A DNA stretch of 64,000 nucleotides from Verrucomicrobiota bacterium (GTDB lineage: Bacteria > Verrucomicrobiota > Kiritimatiellia > SS1-B-03-39 > UBA6053), in the NCBI GenBank assembly GCA_020831635.1, contig JAFIGC010000013.1:385-64384 (forward strand), given 5' to 3'. The notes below the pieces were generated by a model, which did no database searches, had not been told where the DNA came from, and saw only the letters and a list, made by a program, of their open reading frames with translations. The translations under genes were made by a program, and so were the position numbers. Every line of letters begins with the position of its first letter. Position 1 is the stretch's first letter. Below are positions 44,051 through 52,454 of the stretch, piece after piece.

Positions 44051-44691
44051 TGAGTACCGCATCCTCCAGCGCGCAACCCACGCCCACGCCAACTCCCCGG
44101 GCCAATGCCCAGTCCACCTGGGACATTGGACAGCTCAAGCTTTCCCCCGAAGTCGTGGCTTCCATGGCCGTCAACAGCCTGCGACAGCGTATCAGCCGGG
44201 CAATCCTCACCCTGTTGACCATCAGCACCGCCACCGCATTCATGATGTATCTGCTCACCATGCCGCGCTCGACGGATCCCGTGGACGTGCAAAGTTGGCG
44301 TTTGATGATGGTGCTGTCTCTCGTGGTCAGCGGCGCGGGTGTTTTGAACACCATGCTCATGTCCGTCACCCAGCGATACCGCGAGATCGGCACCATGAAA
44401 TGCCTGGGCGCCCTGGACAGCTTTATTTTGTACAGCGTTTTGCTCGAAGCCGCCATTTTGGGGTTGATCGGCGCCATTGCCGGTGCCATTTTCGGCCTGG
44501 TGATCTCCATTCTGCTCGCCATGGCCGACCATGGCGGAAACGTCTTCGCGGCCATGGAACTCGAAGGCATCGGCGGCAAATTCCTTTTCGTCTTTTTCGT
44601 CGGCATGGCCCTCACAACCCTCGGGGCGCTCTTCCCCGCCTTCATCGCCTCCAAAATGCCCCCCATGGAAGCCATGAGAGGAGAAAAATAA
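44050..44691 (+). CDS. Minimal FtsX-type ABC permease (small partner, copy 2)
   Basis: 213 aa from ATG 44050 (TAATG overlap). TM1 AILTLLTISTATAFMMYLLTM is followed by a loop of only about 12 residues, then the FtsX domain LNTMLMSVTQRYREIGTMKCLGALDSFILYSVLLEAAILGLIGAIAG and the ending KMPPMEAMRGEK. The TMKCLGA(M/L)D motif is shared with 4565-6040. Confidence 0.8.
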   Translation: MSTASSSAQPTPTPTPRANAQSTWDIGQLKLSPEVVASMAVNSLRQRISRAILTLLTISTATAFMMYLLTMPRSTDPVDVQSWRLMMVLSLVVSGAGVLNTMLMSVTQRYREIGTMKCLGALDSFILYSVLLEAAILGLIGAIAGAIFGLVISILLAMADHGGNVFAAMELEGIGGKFLFVFFVGMALTTLGALFPAFIASKMPPMEAMRGEK

Positions 44692-44695
44692 TCCA

Positions 44696-45520
44696 ATGAC
44701 TTTGAATCCTCCAGATCCCTCGACTACTCCTGATACGCCACTAGAAACTCGTCACTCGACACTCGAAACTCGTCATTCCATAGATGATTCCGTTGAATAT
44801 ACGGTGATGACCCGCGACGTGGTGAAGGTTTACCGCATGGGCGACACCGAAGTGCGGGCCTTGGATGGCGTGGACGTCACCATCCGCACCGGAGAGTACA
44901 TTTCCATCATGGGCCCTTCCGGTTCGGGAAAAACCACCCTCTTCAATGCCATTGGCGGACTCATGAAACCCACCTCGGGCAATGTGTTCATCGACGAAAT
45001 CGACGTGGCCCAGCTCGATGCCAACGAACTGGCTTGGCTGCGCTGCCGGAAAATCGGCTACATCTTTCAAAGCTACAACATCGTCAAAGTCATGACCGCC
45101 CTCGAAAACGTCACCCTCCCCATGCTTTTTGGCGGGGTGCCGCCCGACGAAGCCCAGGACCGCGCCGTGGAAATCTTGGAAAGGGTGGGGCTGGGGGACC
45201 GCTTGTTGCACACCCCCAAAGAGCTTTCCGGCGGACAACAGCAACGCGTGGCCATTGCCCGCGCCTTCGCCAACAACCCCGCGATTATTCTGGCCGACGA
45301 ACCCACCGCCAACCTCGACATCCACACCGGCGAGGAAATCATCTCGCTCATGAAAGAGATGAACCGGGAACGCGGCGTCACCGTCATCTGCTCCACCCAC
45401 GACCATAAAATGCTCGATATTTCCGACCGCATCGTCTGGATGCGCGACGGAAAAGTCCAGAAAATCGCCCGGCGCGACGAGGTGGACATCGAAATCAACA
45501 CCATGAAAGACAAAGGTTGA
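44696..45520 (+). CDS. ABC transporter ATP-binding protein, MacB/LolD/FtsE-like (class I of the module, copy 2)
   Basis: [40 protein letters not shown]. Class I markers LRCRKIGYIFQSYN and ERGVTVICSTHDH are present. The N-terminal approximately 35 aa include a tandem heptapeptide (ETRHSTL/ETRHSID). An alternative start at 44807 would truncate the first beta strand, so the long form is preferred. Confidence 0.85.
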   Translation: MTLNPPDPSTTPDTPLETRHSTLETRHSIDDSVEYTVMTRDVVKVYRMGDTEVRALDGVDVTIRTGEYISIMGPSGSGKTTLFNAIGGLMKPTSGNVFIDEIDVAQLDANELAWLRCRKIGYIFQSYNIVKVMTALENVTLPMLFGGVPPDEAQDRAVEILERVGLGDRLLHTPKELSGGQQQRVAIARAFANNPAIILADEPTANLDIHTGEEIISLMKEMNRERGVTVICSTHDHKMLDISDRIVWMRDGKVQKIARRDEVDIEINTMKDKG

Positions 45521-45668
45521 TCCACAACAACTATTAACGGCTTGCTCATAAAATCCTGACATCTGAAGTGCATATTGTGCGCGGTTTTACGGACCACTTT
45601 CAGGTCCATATGAAACATCCAGATAAACCCCGGCGGCAAAAGCCGTCAAACAGGAGAGAGACAAGTAC

Positions 45669-46850
45669 ATGAAAAACACATGGATTAAAACCTTGGCCGG
45701 CATTTCCGCCGCAGGCGTGATGACGATCAGTCAAACCGCAAGCGCCGATTACGGCAAACTGCTCGAAACCCTTCGGGACAACGGCACCATCACCGCGGAA
45801 CAGGCCGAAGGCCTCAAAGCCCAGCGTGTTCGTCCCGCGAACAGCTTCGTGCGGGACTTGCAGATCCGCGGACGCGTCCAGACGCAGTTCGGATACACCA
45901 CCACCGACAACGACGAAGGCAGCAGCGATTACAGCACTTTCGAAGTGCGCCGCGCCCGCATCGGCCTGCGCGGAACCTTCCCGAATGATCTGCGTGCCCA
46001 GTTGGAAGCCAACCTCGTGCCCGGCTCCAGCCTCAGCATGCGCAGCGCCTTCTTGCAGTGGCGCAAACACAAACCCGCCTACATCAAGGTCGGATTTGAC
46101 AAACCCCACAGCTCCTTGGAAGAAAACACCTCCTCGGCTGAAATTATCACCGTGGAGCGGACCCTTATCAGCAATACCGTGGCCGCTCCCGGCCCCATGA
46201 CCGGTTTTGCGGTGGACGGTGATCTTGGCACCATTTATTACGGCGCCGGCGTTTACACCGATCAAGACAACAGCAACGCTGCCAACGCCAGCTCCGACTA
46301 CCTCGTCAATCTGCACCTCGGCGTCAAACTCGACGGCCTCGTTGGCGAAGGCTCGAAGTTGCGCATTCAAGGATCTTACCTGACCAGCGATGATGAAAGT
46401 GGCAGTTTGGCATACGAAGACGTATACACCCTCGCGCTGCACTTTGCGCAGGGCGCCTTCGATCTGCGCACCGAATACATCCTGGGCGACAATGATGGCG
46501 AAGAAACCTCCGGTTTCTACATCATGCCGTCTTTGATGCTGTCCAACAAACTGCAAGGCGTGGTCCGTTATGAGTACGCCGAGTCCGACAAGGCCACCGG
46601 TCTGCGTGCCGCCAGTCGCTATGCCCGTCGTTCCGAAGACCTCGCCGTGCGCGACGCAACCGAAACCAGCCCCAAATTCGATCCCCAACGCGGTGACGAA
46701 TACCAGGCCGTTTACCTCGGTTTGAACTACTACATCCAAGGCGATGGCAACAAGGTCATGCTCGGCATCGAGTTCTCCGAACTCGACAACACCTATGCGG
46801 GTACCCTTGAGGCCACCACCCTCTACGCCGCCTGGCGCGCATTGTTCTAA
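45669..46850 (+). CDS. Outer-membrane porin of the phosphate-selective porin O/P (OprO/OprP) family
   Basis: Signal peptide MKNTWIKTLAGISAAGVMTISQTASA. IRGRVQTQFGY...FEVRRARIGLRGTF...LRAQLEANL...SAFLQW matches the Porin_O_P N-terminal pattern. The rest is beta-rich and ends in an aromatic residue (ALF). Confidence 0.75.
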   Translation: MKNTWIKTLAGISAAGVMTISQTASADYGKLLETLRDNGTITAEQAEGLKAQRVRPANSFVRDLQIRGRVQTQFGYTTTDNDEGSSDYSTFEVRRARIGLRGTFPNDLRAQLEANLVPGSSLSMRSAFLQWRKHKPAYIKVGFDKPHSSLEENTSSAEIITVERTLISNTVAAPGPMTGFAVDGDLGTIYYGAGVYTDQDNSNAANASSDYLVNLHLGVKLDGLVGEGSKLRIQGSYLTSDDESGSLAYEDVYTLALHFAQGAFDLRTEYILGDNDGEETSGFYIMPSLMLSNKLQGVVRYEYAESDKATGLRAASRYARRSEDLAVRDATETSPKFDPQRGDEYQAVYLGLNYYIQGDGNKVMLGIEFSELDNTYAGTLEATTLYAAWRALF

Positions 46851-46877
46851 TCGAATCGATTCGATTCGAATACACCC

Positions 46878-46904
46878 GGCCCCGCTTCGGCGGGGCCTTT
46901 TTTT
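46878..46904 (+). terminator. Rho-independent terminator after the porin gene
   Basis: Stem GGCCCCGC, loop TTCG and stem GCGGGGCC are followed by TTTTTTT, 28 nt after the porin stop. Confidence 0.85.
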
Positions 46905-47183
46905 GGCCTTCCGAGCGGAAGCATTTTCAGGGCCTCCGCAGGCGGTGTCCGGGCCGCAGTTTGAAAAATTCAGTCTGTCTTGACCCGGATTCAAGGCCCG
47001 GAGCGCCGAAATATATTCAGCCCCAGGCGCAGCCTGGGGGGCGGTTCGACCAAAACCGAAAGGCTCGGAGGGCTGAAATTCCATGGATTTGATCAGTTCG
47101 TATTTTCAAACCCACACTCACCGTGATATGCATTTCATTTACGAGCCCATTATTCCGCCCCCTTTTCAAAAATCTGGAATACG

Positions 47184-48935
47184 ATGACACACAATACGCC
47201 AACCCCAACGTCCCCGGGTTTTCCCGTCCGGGCGCTCAAGGTGAATCTTCCTTGGGCTTCCTATCGCCAACACGCCTCCCTGGACTTGCACGACTCCACC
47301 CTGCGCGACCCGTTGTATTGGGAAAAACTCCTCGACTTCATGGTGGATTGTCGGCTGAATCTGCTCTCCCTCTGGTCGCTTCATCCTTTTCCGTGGATGG
47401 CCATGCCCCCTGATTTTCCCGAGGGGCACGACTTTACCGGGGAGGAAATGGCCGGTTGGCAGTCCCTGTGGTCCCGGGTGTTCGCCATGGCCCATGAGCG
47501 GGGCATTCAAACCTACGTCTTTTTTTGGAATATTTTCGTCTCCCAATCTTTCGCCCGCGCCCACGGGATCGCAGATTATTGCCTGAATTGGGACTACATC
47601 GGGGACGGGGACACGTCGGATTTGGTGCGGGACTACAACCGCGCCTGCGTTCGAACCCTGATTGACACTTACCCGGATCTGGATGGACTGGGATTGGCCA
47701 TGAGTGAACGCATGGGCGGGATGAGCCCCGCCGAACGCGCGGAATGGGTGGAGGACGTCACCATTGCCGGAATCAATCAGGCCAAACGTTCCGTGGATCT
47801 CTGCCTGCGCATTCCCCATTCCGCCGGGCTCAACAACGGGGGTTCCACCAGCGCGGACTCCGAGGCGTTGGGGCGTGATCTCCTCGAACGGGTGCGTATC
47901 CAGGGGAAGGTCTGGACCGAGATCAAATTCAACTGGTCCCATGGTCATTCGACCCCGCATCTGCGAAAAATCCATGGAGGACCTCCCTCGGACACCTTTT
48001 GGAAGCCGCCGCCGGAAAAATACAGCATCGGCTGGATGGTCCGAAACGAGGATTTTTTCGTATTGCGCTGGGCTTCGCCCGGCTACGTGCGCGAACACAT
48101 CCGCCTCAATGGCATTCCCGGTGTGTGCGGGTATTTCATCGGTTCTGAATGCCATATTCCCGGAAAAGACTACATCAGCCGTCCCGGTTTTCACGAGGGT
48201 CCCCGGTATGCCTTTGAGCGGAACTGGCTTTTTTACGAGGTCTGGGGACGGCTGTTGGCGGATCCCGACACCCCGGACGAAACTTTCGAGGACTTGATCG
48301 ACCGGCGACATGGTTCTGGAACCGGAAAACCTCTGCTCGCCGCTTACGAATCCTGCTCCCTGGTTCCCCTGCGCATCGCCTGTTTTCTCAATTATACCTG
48401 GGATCACACCCTTTATGCAGAGGGATTTCTCATTCAGCATGGCTTTGCCACCCTCGACGATCTGATCGTGGCCCGGCCCATTGAACCCGACTGGCTTTCA
48501 GTGGAAGCCTTTGTTCGCCAAGAGGCGAATGCCCCAAGCGTCGCCCAAAAGTTCACCCCGATCCTGCTCGCAAAAGAACTGGACGACGCCATGGACCGCA
48601 CCCTGGAAATCCTCAAGTCGTTTCCCGAGCCAAATGGCGGAGACCTTGCCGAGGAAATCGCCGATATCCACGCCTGGATTCACCTCGGACGATATTTTGC
48701 CGACAAACTCCGGGCCGCGGTACACTTGGCCCGTCACCGTATTCACGGTGCCCCCGGCGAGCGGGACCTCGCCGCGGAAAACCTCGAAACCGCAATCCAA
48801 CACTGGCGTCATCTCGCCGAAAACACCGCCGAGCGCTACCAGCCGATTCCCCTTCAGATCCTTGGGGACCGTTTGTTCTCCTGGCAGGACCTTTTGCCCG
48901 ACGTGGAACGAGATCGGGTTTGTTTGGACGCATAG
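47184..48935 (+). CDS. Hypothetical protein, possibly a TIM-barrel glycoside-hydrolase-like enzyme (family unassigned)
   Basis: 583-aa ORF with coding-like composition and no signal peptide. The alternating pattern (NLLSLWSLHPFPWM, YVFFWNIF, LDGLGLAMSE, EIKFNWSHGHS, WMVRNEDFFVLRW) suggests a beta/alpha barrel. The functional call is weak. Confidence 0.35.
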   Translation: MTHNTPTPTSPGFPVRALKVNLPWASYRQHASLDLHDSTLRDPLYWEKLLDFMVDCRLNLLSLWSLHPFPWMAMPPDFPEGHDFTGEEMAGWQSLWSRVFAMAHERGIQTYVFFWNIFVSQSFARAHGIADYCLNWDYIGDGDTSDLVRDYNRACVRTLIDTYPDLDGLGLAMSERMGGMSPAERAEWVEDVTIAGINQAKRSVDLCLRIPHSAGLNNGGSTSADSEALGRDLLERVRIQGKVWTEIKFNWSHGHSTPHLRKIHGGPPSDTFWKPPPEKYSIGWMVRNEDFFVLRWASPGYVREHIRLNGIPGVCGYFIGSECHIPGKDYISRPGFHEGPRYAFERNWLFYEVWGRLLADPDTPDETFEDLIDRRHGSGTGKPLLAAYESCSLVPLRIACFLNYTWDHTLYAEGFLIQHGFATLDDLIVARPIEPDWLSVEAFVRQEANAPSVAQKFTPILLAKELDDAMDRTLEILKSFPEPNGGDLAEEIADIHAWIHLGRYFADKLRAAVHLARHRIHGAPGERDLAAENLETAIQHWRHLAENTAERYQPIPLQILGDRLFSWQDLLPDVERDRVCLDA

Positions 48936-48987
48936 CGGCTATCGGCAGCTTTGAATTTTGCGGAGTAAAGTGCGCGGCGAAGCCGCT

Positions 48988-49110
48988 TTGGAGTGCGTGT
49001 AGCGAGTGCAACGAAGCTACCGCTTTACCCACGGCAAAACGAAAAGGCCCTGCCTATGGCAAAGGCTCTGCAAAGCGGTAGCTTCGTTGCACTCGCTACG
49101 CGCACTCCAA
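48988..49110. repeat. Large imperfect palindrome (39-bp arms, 45-nt spacer) between convergent genes
   Basis: Left arm 48988-49026 is TTGGAGTGCGTGTAGCGAGTGCAACGAAGCTACCGCTTT. The reverse complement of 49072-49110 is TTGGAGTGCGCGTAGCGAGTGCAACGAAGCTACCGCTTT, a single mismatch. Weaker complementarity extends outward to about 48975 and 49120. Confidence 0.9.
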
Positions 49111-49148
49111 AGACGCTTCGCGTCGCTAATCCTCCGTGCTCGTCTGAC

Positions 49149-49715
49149 TCAAAGACCGTCGCGCATCTCCTTGAAAAACTCCGGGAAGCCTTCTCGTAAT
49201 TCCGTTTCGTGTCGGAGGAGTTCGGGGAGGAGGGCGCTGAGATCGTAGGGACGGCGCAGGCGTTGGCTCATGCGTCGCAGGACGTCCTCGATTTCCAGCG
49301 GGTCGGCGTAGGCTTCGAGCAGGTCGTGGTCGAGAATGAGGGTGGCGAATCTTTGCGCGGGCGGGGGCAGGGGATGGCGAGGTTTGGCGAGGAGTTGGTA
49401 GGCGATCCGAAAATATTCCGCCTTGTCCACGGTCATGATGTCCGCCCAGCATTGGTGCAGAAGGTAGTCGCAGAGCACGTCCATCACCAGTCCGCCGTAT
49501 CGTCTGTCGCCGGCGGGTAAATGTTGTTTGGCCGCCCACACAAAGGGGTGCGCGTCGCCAAGGGCATCCGCGCGTCGATGGGCGCGGATGCCTTGGCGAA
49601 CGGACTCCGGATAGGGCAGCAGGTCCACCGGGCCCCGGGTGAAATCACCGAGAAACTGCCCCAACATGGTGTCGGGGCAACCGCCGCCCAGGGCCAGATG
49701 ACAAAGGACGTTCAC
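49149..49715 (-). CDS. acpH: Acyl carrier protein phosphodiesterase
   Basis: A GTG start gives MNVLCHLALGG...GQFLGDFTRGP...IRAHRRADALGD, collinear with the E. coli AcpH N-terminus (MNFLAHLHLA...GNLLADFVRG...HRRID). 188 aa. Confidence 0.75.
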   Translation of the reverse strand: MNVLCHLALGGGCPDTMLGQFLGDFTRGPVDLLPYPESVRQGIRAHRRADALGDAHPFVWAAKQHLPAGDRRYGGLVMDVLCDYLLHQCWADIMTVDKAEYFRIAYQLLAKPRHPLPPPAQRFATLILDHDLLEAYADPLEIEDVLRRMSQRLRRPYDLSALLPELLRHETELREGFPEFFKEMRDGL

Positions 49716-49718
49716 GGG

Positions 49719-51317
49719 TTATTCCAATTGCAGGTGCACCCGGCTCTGGTCGATGTTGCTGTAATAGGTTTCGTGGGTTTCGGGACTGGAGATCACGAAT
49801 TCTTCGATGTGCAGGTGGGTGTCGGACACGAAGGTGAGGTGACTGCCGTATTTTTCTTCCAATTGCACCAACAGGTTTTCATCGGAGCGGCGCAGGCGGT
49901 CCATGACGATGGGATGGATGGTGATGCGGGTGTGGAGGGATTTTCCTTCGGCCTTGAGTTTGCGGAGGATCTCGTGGATGTGGCGTTGCACTTCCACGCT
50001 CATGGTGATCGGGGATTTCACGATTCCGCGTCCGCGACAGTAGGGACAGTCGGTGTGGGCGGCGGACCCGATGCTTTGCTTGGCCCGCTGACGGGTCATT
50101 TCCAAAAGACCGAGGTCGGAAATGGGCAGCAAGTTGGTGCGGGCTTTGTCTTTGCGAACCCCTTCGCGGAGGCGGCGGTAGACGGCCTGCCGGTTTTTGC
50201 GCTGACGCATGTCGATGAAGTCGATCACGACCAGACCGCCGACATTGCGAAGGCGCAACTGCCGGGCGATTTCATCGGCGGACTCGAGGTTGACTTCGAG
50301 GATGCTTTCCTCTTGGGTGGCCCCGCCTTTGTGTCGTCCGGTGTTGATGTCGATGGCCACGAGGGCTTCGGTTTCGTCGAAAACCAGGTATCCGCCGCCG
50401 GGGAGCCACACTTTGCGGCGGAAGGCGTTGCTGAGCTGGCGCTCGATGTCGAAATGCTCGAAGATGGGGGTGCTGCCTTCGTAGACTTTGATGTTGCGTT
50501 TGGCGTTTCGGGCCACGCGGCTAATGGATTTGCGGATGCGCTCGGCTTCTTCGGGCTGATCGATGACAATGCGTTCGATGTCCTCGGTGAGGGCGTCGCG
50601 CACCACGCGTTCGAGCAGGTCGGGCTCCTGATAGAGCTGACAGGGGGCGGGGGTGTTTTTGATGCCGTTGTCGATTTCCGCCCAGATGTCTAGCAGGGCG
50701 CGCAGGTCCCGGGCAAAGCCGGTTTTGCGGGCGCCTTCCCCGGCGGTGCGGATGATGAACCCGAGGTTGTCGGGCGTTTTCATGCGTCCGAGAATTTGCT
50801 TGAGGCGGCGGCGTTCCACGTCCCCGGAGATTTTGCGACTGACGCCCTTGAGGCCGGAGCCGGGCATCATCACCAGATACCGTCCGGCGATGCTGAGGTT
50901 GGCGGTGACCCGGGGGCCCTTGGTGCCGATGGCGGCCTTGGAGACCTGCACGATGATTTCGGAACCGATGGGGAATTGCTTTTGAATTTCGCCGGCTTGG
51001 AATTTCTTTTTGCGGGCGGTGCGTCCGCCCCGGCTCATGCCTTCTTCGGCTTCGAGGCGGGCGGCGTCTTCCGGAATCATGTCCCAGTAGTGAATAAAGG
51101 CGTTCTTTTTGAGGCCGATATCCACGAAGGCGGCTTGAAGGCCGTCCTCCAGGTTCTGGATTTTGCCTTTGAAAATGCTGCCCACGATGCGTTCGTCGCT
51201 GGAGCGTTCCACGAAATAGTCCTCCAGCTTGCCGTCTTCGAGGAAGGCGATGCGCGTTTCCAGACTTTCGATGTTGGCGACGATTTCTTTTCTGATTTTC
51301 TTTTCTTGTTTGGCCAT
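49719..51317 (-). CDS. rng: Ribonuclease E/G family endoribonuclease (RNase G-sized)
   Basis: S1-domain motif VGSIFKGKIQNLEDGLQAAFVDIG, catalytic-core DFIDM, and zinc-link CPYCRGRG. 532 aa, downstream of the mre/rodA genes as in many bacteria. Confidence 0.85.
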   Translation of the reverse strand: MAKQEKKIRKEIVANIESLETRIAFLEDGKLEDYFVERSSDERIVGSIFKGKIQNLEDGLQAAFVDIGLKKNAFIHYWDMIPEDAARLEAEEGMSRGGRTARKKKFQAGEIQKQFPIGSEIIVQVSKAAIGTKGPRVTANLSIAGRYLVMMPGSGLKGVSRKISGDVERRRLKQILGRMKTPDNLGFIIRTAGEGARKTGFARDLRALLDIWAEIDNGIKNTPAPCQLYQEPDLLERVVRDALTEDIERIVIDQPEEAERIRKSISRVARNAKRNIKVYEGSTPIFEHFDIERQLSNAFRRKVWLPGGGYLVFDETEALVAIDINTGRHKGGATQEESILEVNLESADEIARQLRLRNVGGLVVIDFIDMRQRKNRQAVYRRLREGVRKDKARTNLLPISDLGLLEMTRQRAKQSIGSAAHTDCPYCRGRGIVKSPITMSVEVQRHIHEILRKLKAEGKSLHTRITIHPIVMDRLRRSDENLLVQLEEKYGSHLTFVSDTHLHIEEFVISSPETHETYYSNIDQSRVHLQLE

Positions 51318-51353
51318 GGTGTTGTTTCCATTGTTGGGTGTGGGTCCCGCTGT

Positions 51354-52454
51354 CTAGCTTCTTCGGATGTAGACGCTTTGGGCCAGCCCGAGGGCCAGCA
51401 TCATGCTCAAAACGAATGATCCGCCATAACTGACGAGCGGGAGAGGGAGTCCGATGATTGGCAGCAACCCGATGGTCATGGCCACGTTAATGGTCACGTG
51501 GGCACAGAGCATGGTGAGGATGCCAATGGTCATCAGACGACCGAATACGTCTTGGCTGCGCAGACTGGTGCGGGCGAGGGCAACGAACAATACGCTGTAC
51601 AACGTCAGCATCAGCGTGCAGCCGATGAATCCTTTTTCCTCCGCGATCACGGAGTAAATAAAATCGGTGGGAGCGACGGTGACGGGCAGGAAGCCGAGCA
51701 CGTTTTGGGTGCCCTGTTTGAAGCCTTTGCCGTGGAGACCGCCGGAGCCGATGGCAATTTCGGATTGCCGTCGGTTCCATCCGCGCCCGAGGGGGTCGCG
51801 GTCGGGTTCGAGATAAACCATGATCCGGTCGCGGTGGTAGGGACGCAGCATGGTCCACGCGATCGGGAGAGAGAGGACGCCGAGCAGGGCAAGCATGCCC
51901 AGCAGTTTCCAGGAGACCCCGGCGCTGAAGAGGATGGCCCCGAAAATGCAAAGCAGAATGAAGGCGGTGCCCACGTCCGGTTGGGCGGCGATGAGCCCGA
52001 AGGGCAACAGGGTCAGGAGGAGGGGCACGATGACATTCGCGGGTCGCCGCAGGTTGCGCAGGGTGTCGCTGAACCACATGGCCAGCAGACAGATGATGGC
52101 GAGTTTGGCGACTTCGGCGGGCTGAAAATACAAAAGCCCGAAAATGTTGTACCAGCGTCGGGCGCCGTGGATGGACATGCCGAAAAAGTACAGGCCCACC
52201 AACAGCACGAGGCTGATCAGGTAGAGCGGATAGGCCCACTCCCGCAGGCGGCGGTAGTCGAAAAAGGCGGCGAACAAATACACGGGAATGCCGAGAAGGA
52301 TAAACAGGATCTGCCGAATCCATTGCGTGCTTTCGCGTCCGTAACCGGCGCTGTAAATGAACGCCACACCGATGCCGAGCAGGCTGAAGGTGCAGATCAA
52401 GGCCACCCAATCCATGCGTCCGAGAGGGCCGAGGGTACGGCGCAAATTATCCAT
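51354..52454 (-). CDS. rodA: Peptidoglycan glycosyltransferase RodA (SEDS family)
   Basis: Start set at ATG (complement of 52452-54), MDNLRRTLGPLGRMDW... Motifs QPDVGTAFILL and GSGGLHGKGFKQGTQ fit the FtsW/RodA family. It lies directly downstream of the PBP2 gene. The ORF-track extension to 52652 overlaps mrdA. Confidence 0.85.
   Translation of the reverse strand: MDNLRRTLGPLGRMDWVALICTFSLLGIGVAFIYSAGYGRESTQWIRQILFILLGIPVYLFAAFFDYRRLREWAYPLYLISLVLLVGLYFFGMSIHGARRWYNIFGLLYFQPAEVAKLAIICLLAMWFSDTLRNLRRPANVIVPLLLTLLPFGLIAAQPDVGTAFILLCIFGAILFSAGVSWKLLGMLALLGVLSLPIAWTMLRPYHRDRIMVYLEPDRDPLGRGWNRRQSEIAIGSGGLHGKGFKQGTQNVLGFLPVTVAPTDFIYSVIAEEKGFIGCTLMLTLYSVLFVALARTSLRSQDVFGRLMTIGILTMLCAHVTINVAMTIGLLPIIGLPLPLVSYGGSFVLSMMLALGLAQSVYIRRS

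Noticed and set aside
36387-44092. Long minus-strand ORFs 36387-38720, 38760-39947, 40137-41249 and 42038-44092
   Set aside because: All are antisense to well-supported plus-strand genes of module copy 2 and have no motifs. They are rejected as shadow ORFs.
47016-47077. Possible nested hairpins (TTCAGCC...GGCTGAA enclosing CCAGG-CGCAG-CCTGG) in the 5-prime region of 47184-48935
   Set aside because: The stems are short (5-7 bp), and I cannot match the region to any riboswitch or RNA family by eye. It is too weak to report as a feature without covariation evidence.
45600-47084. 494-aa minus-strand ORF opposite the porin gene
   Set aside because: The plus-strand frame has a signal peptide, the Porin_O_P N-terminal pattern and a terminator. 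The minus-strand frame is Gly/Ala/Val-rich with no motifs.
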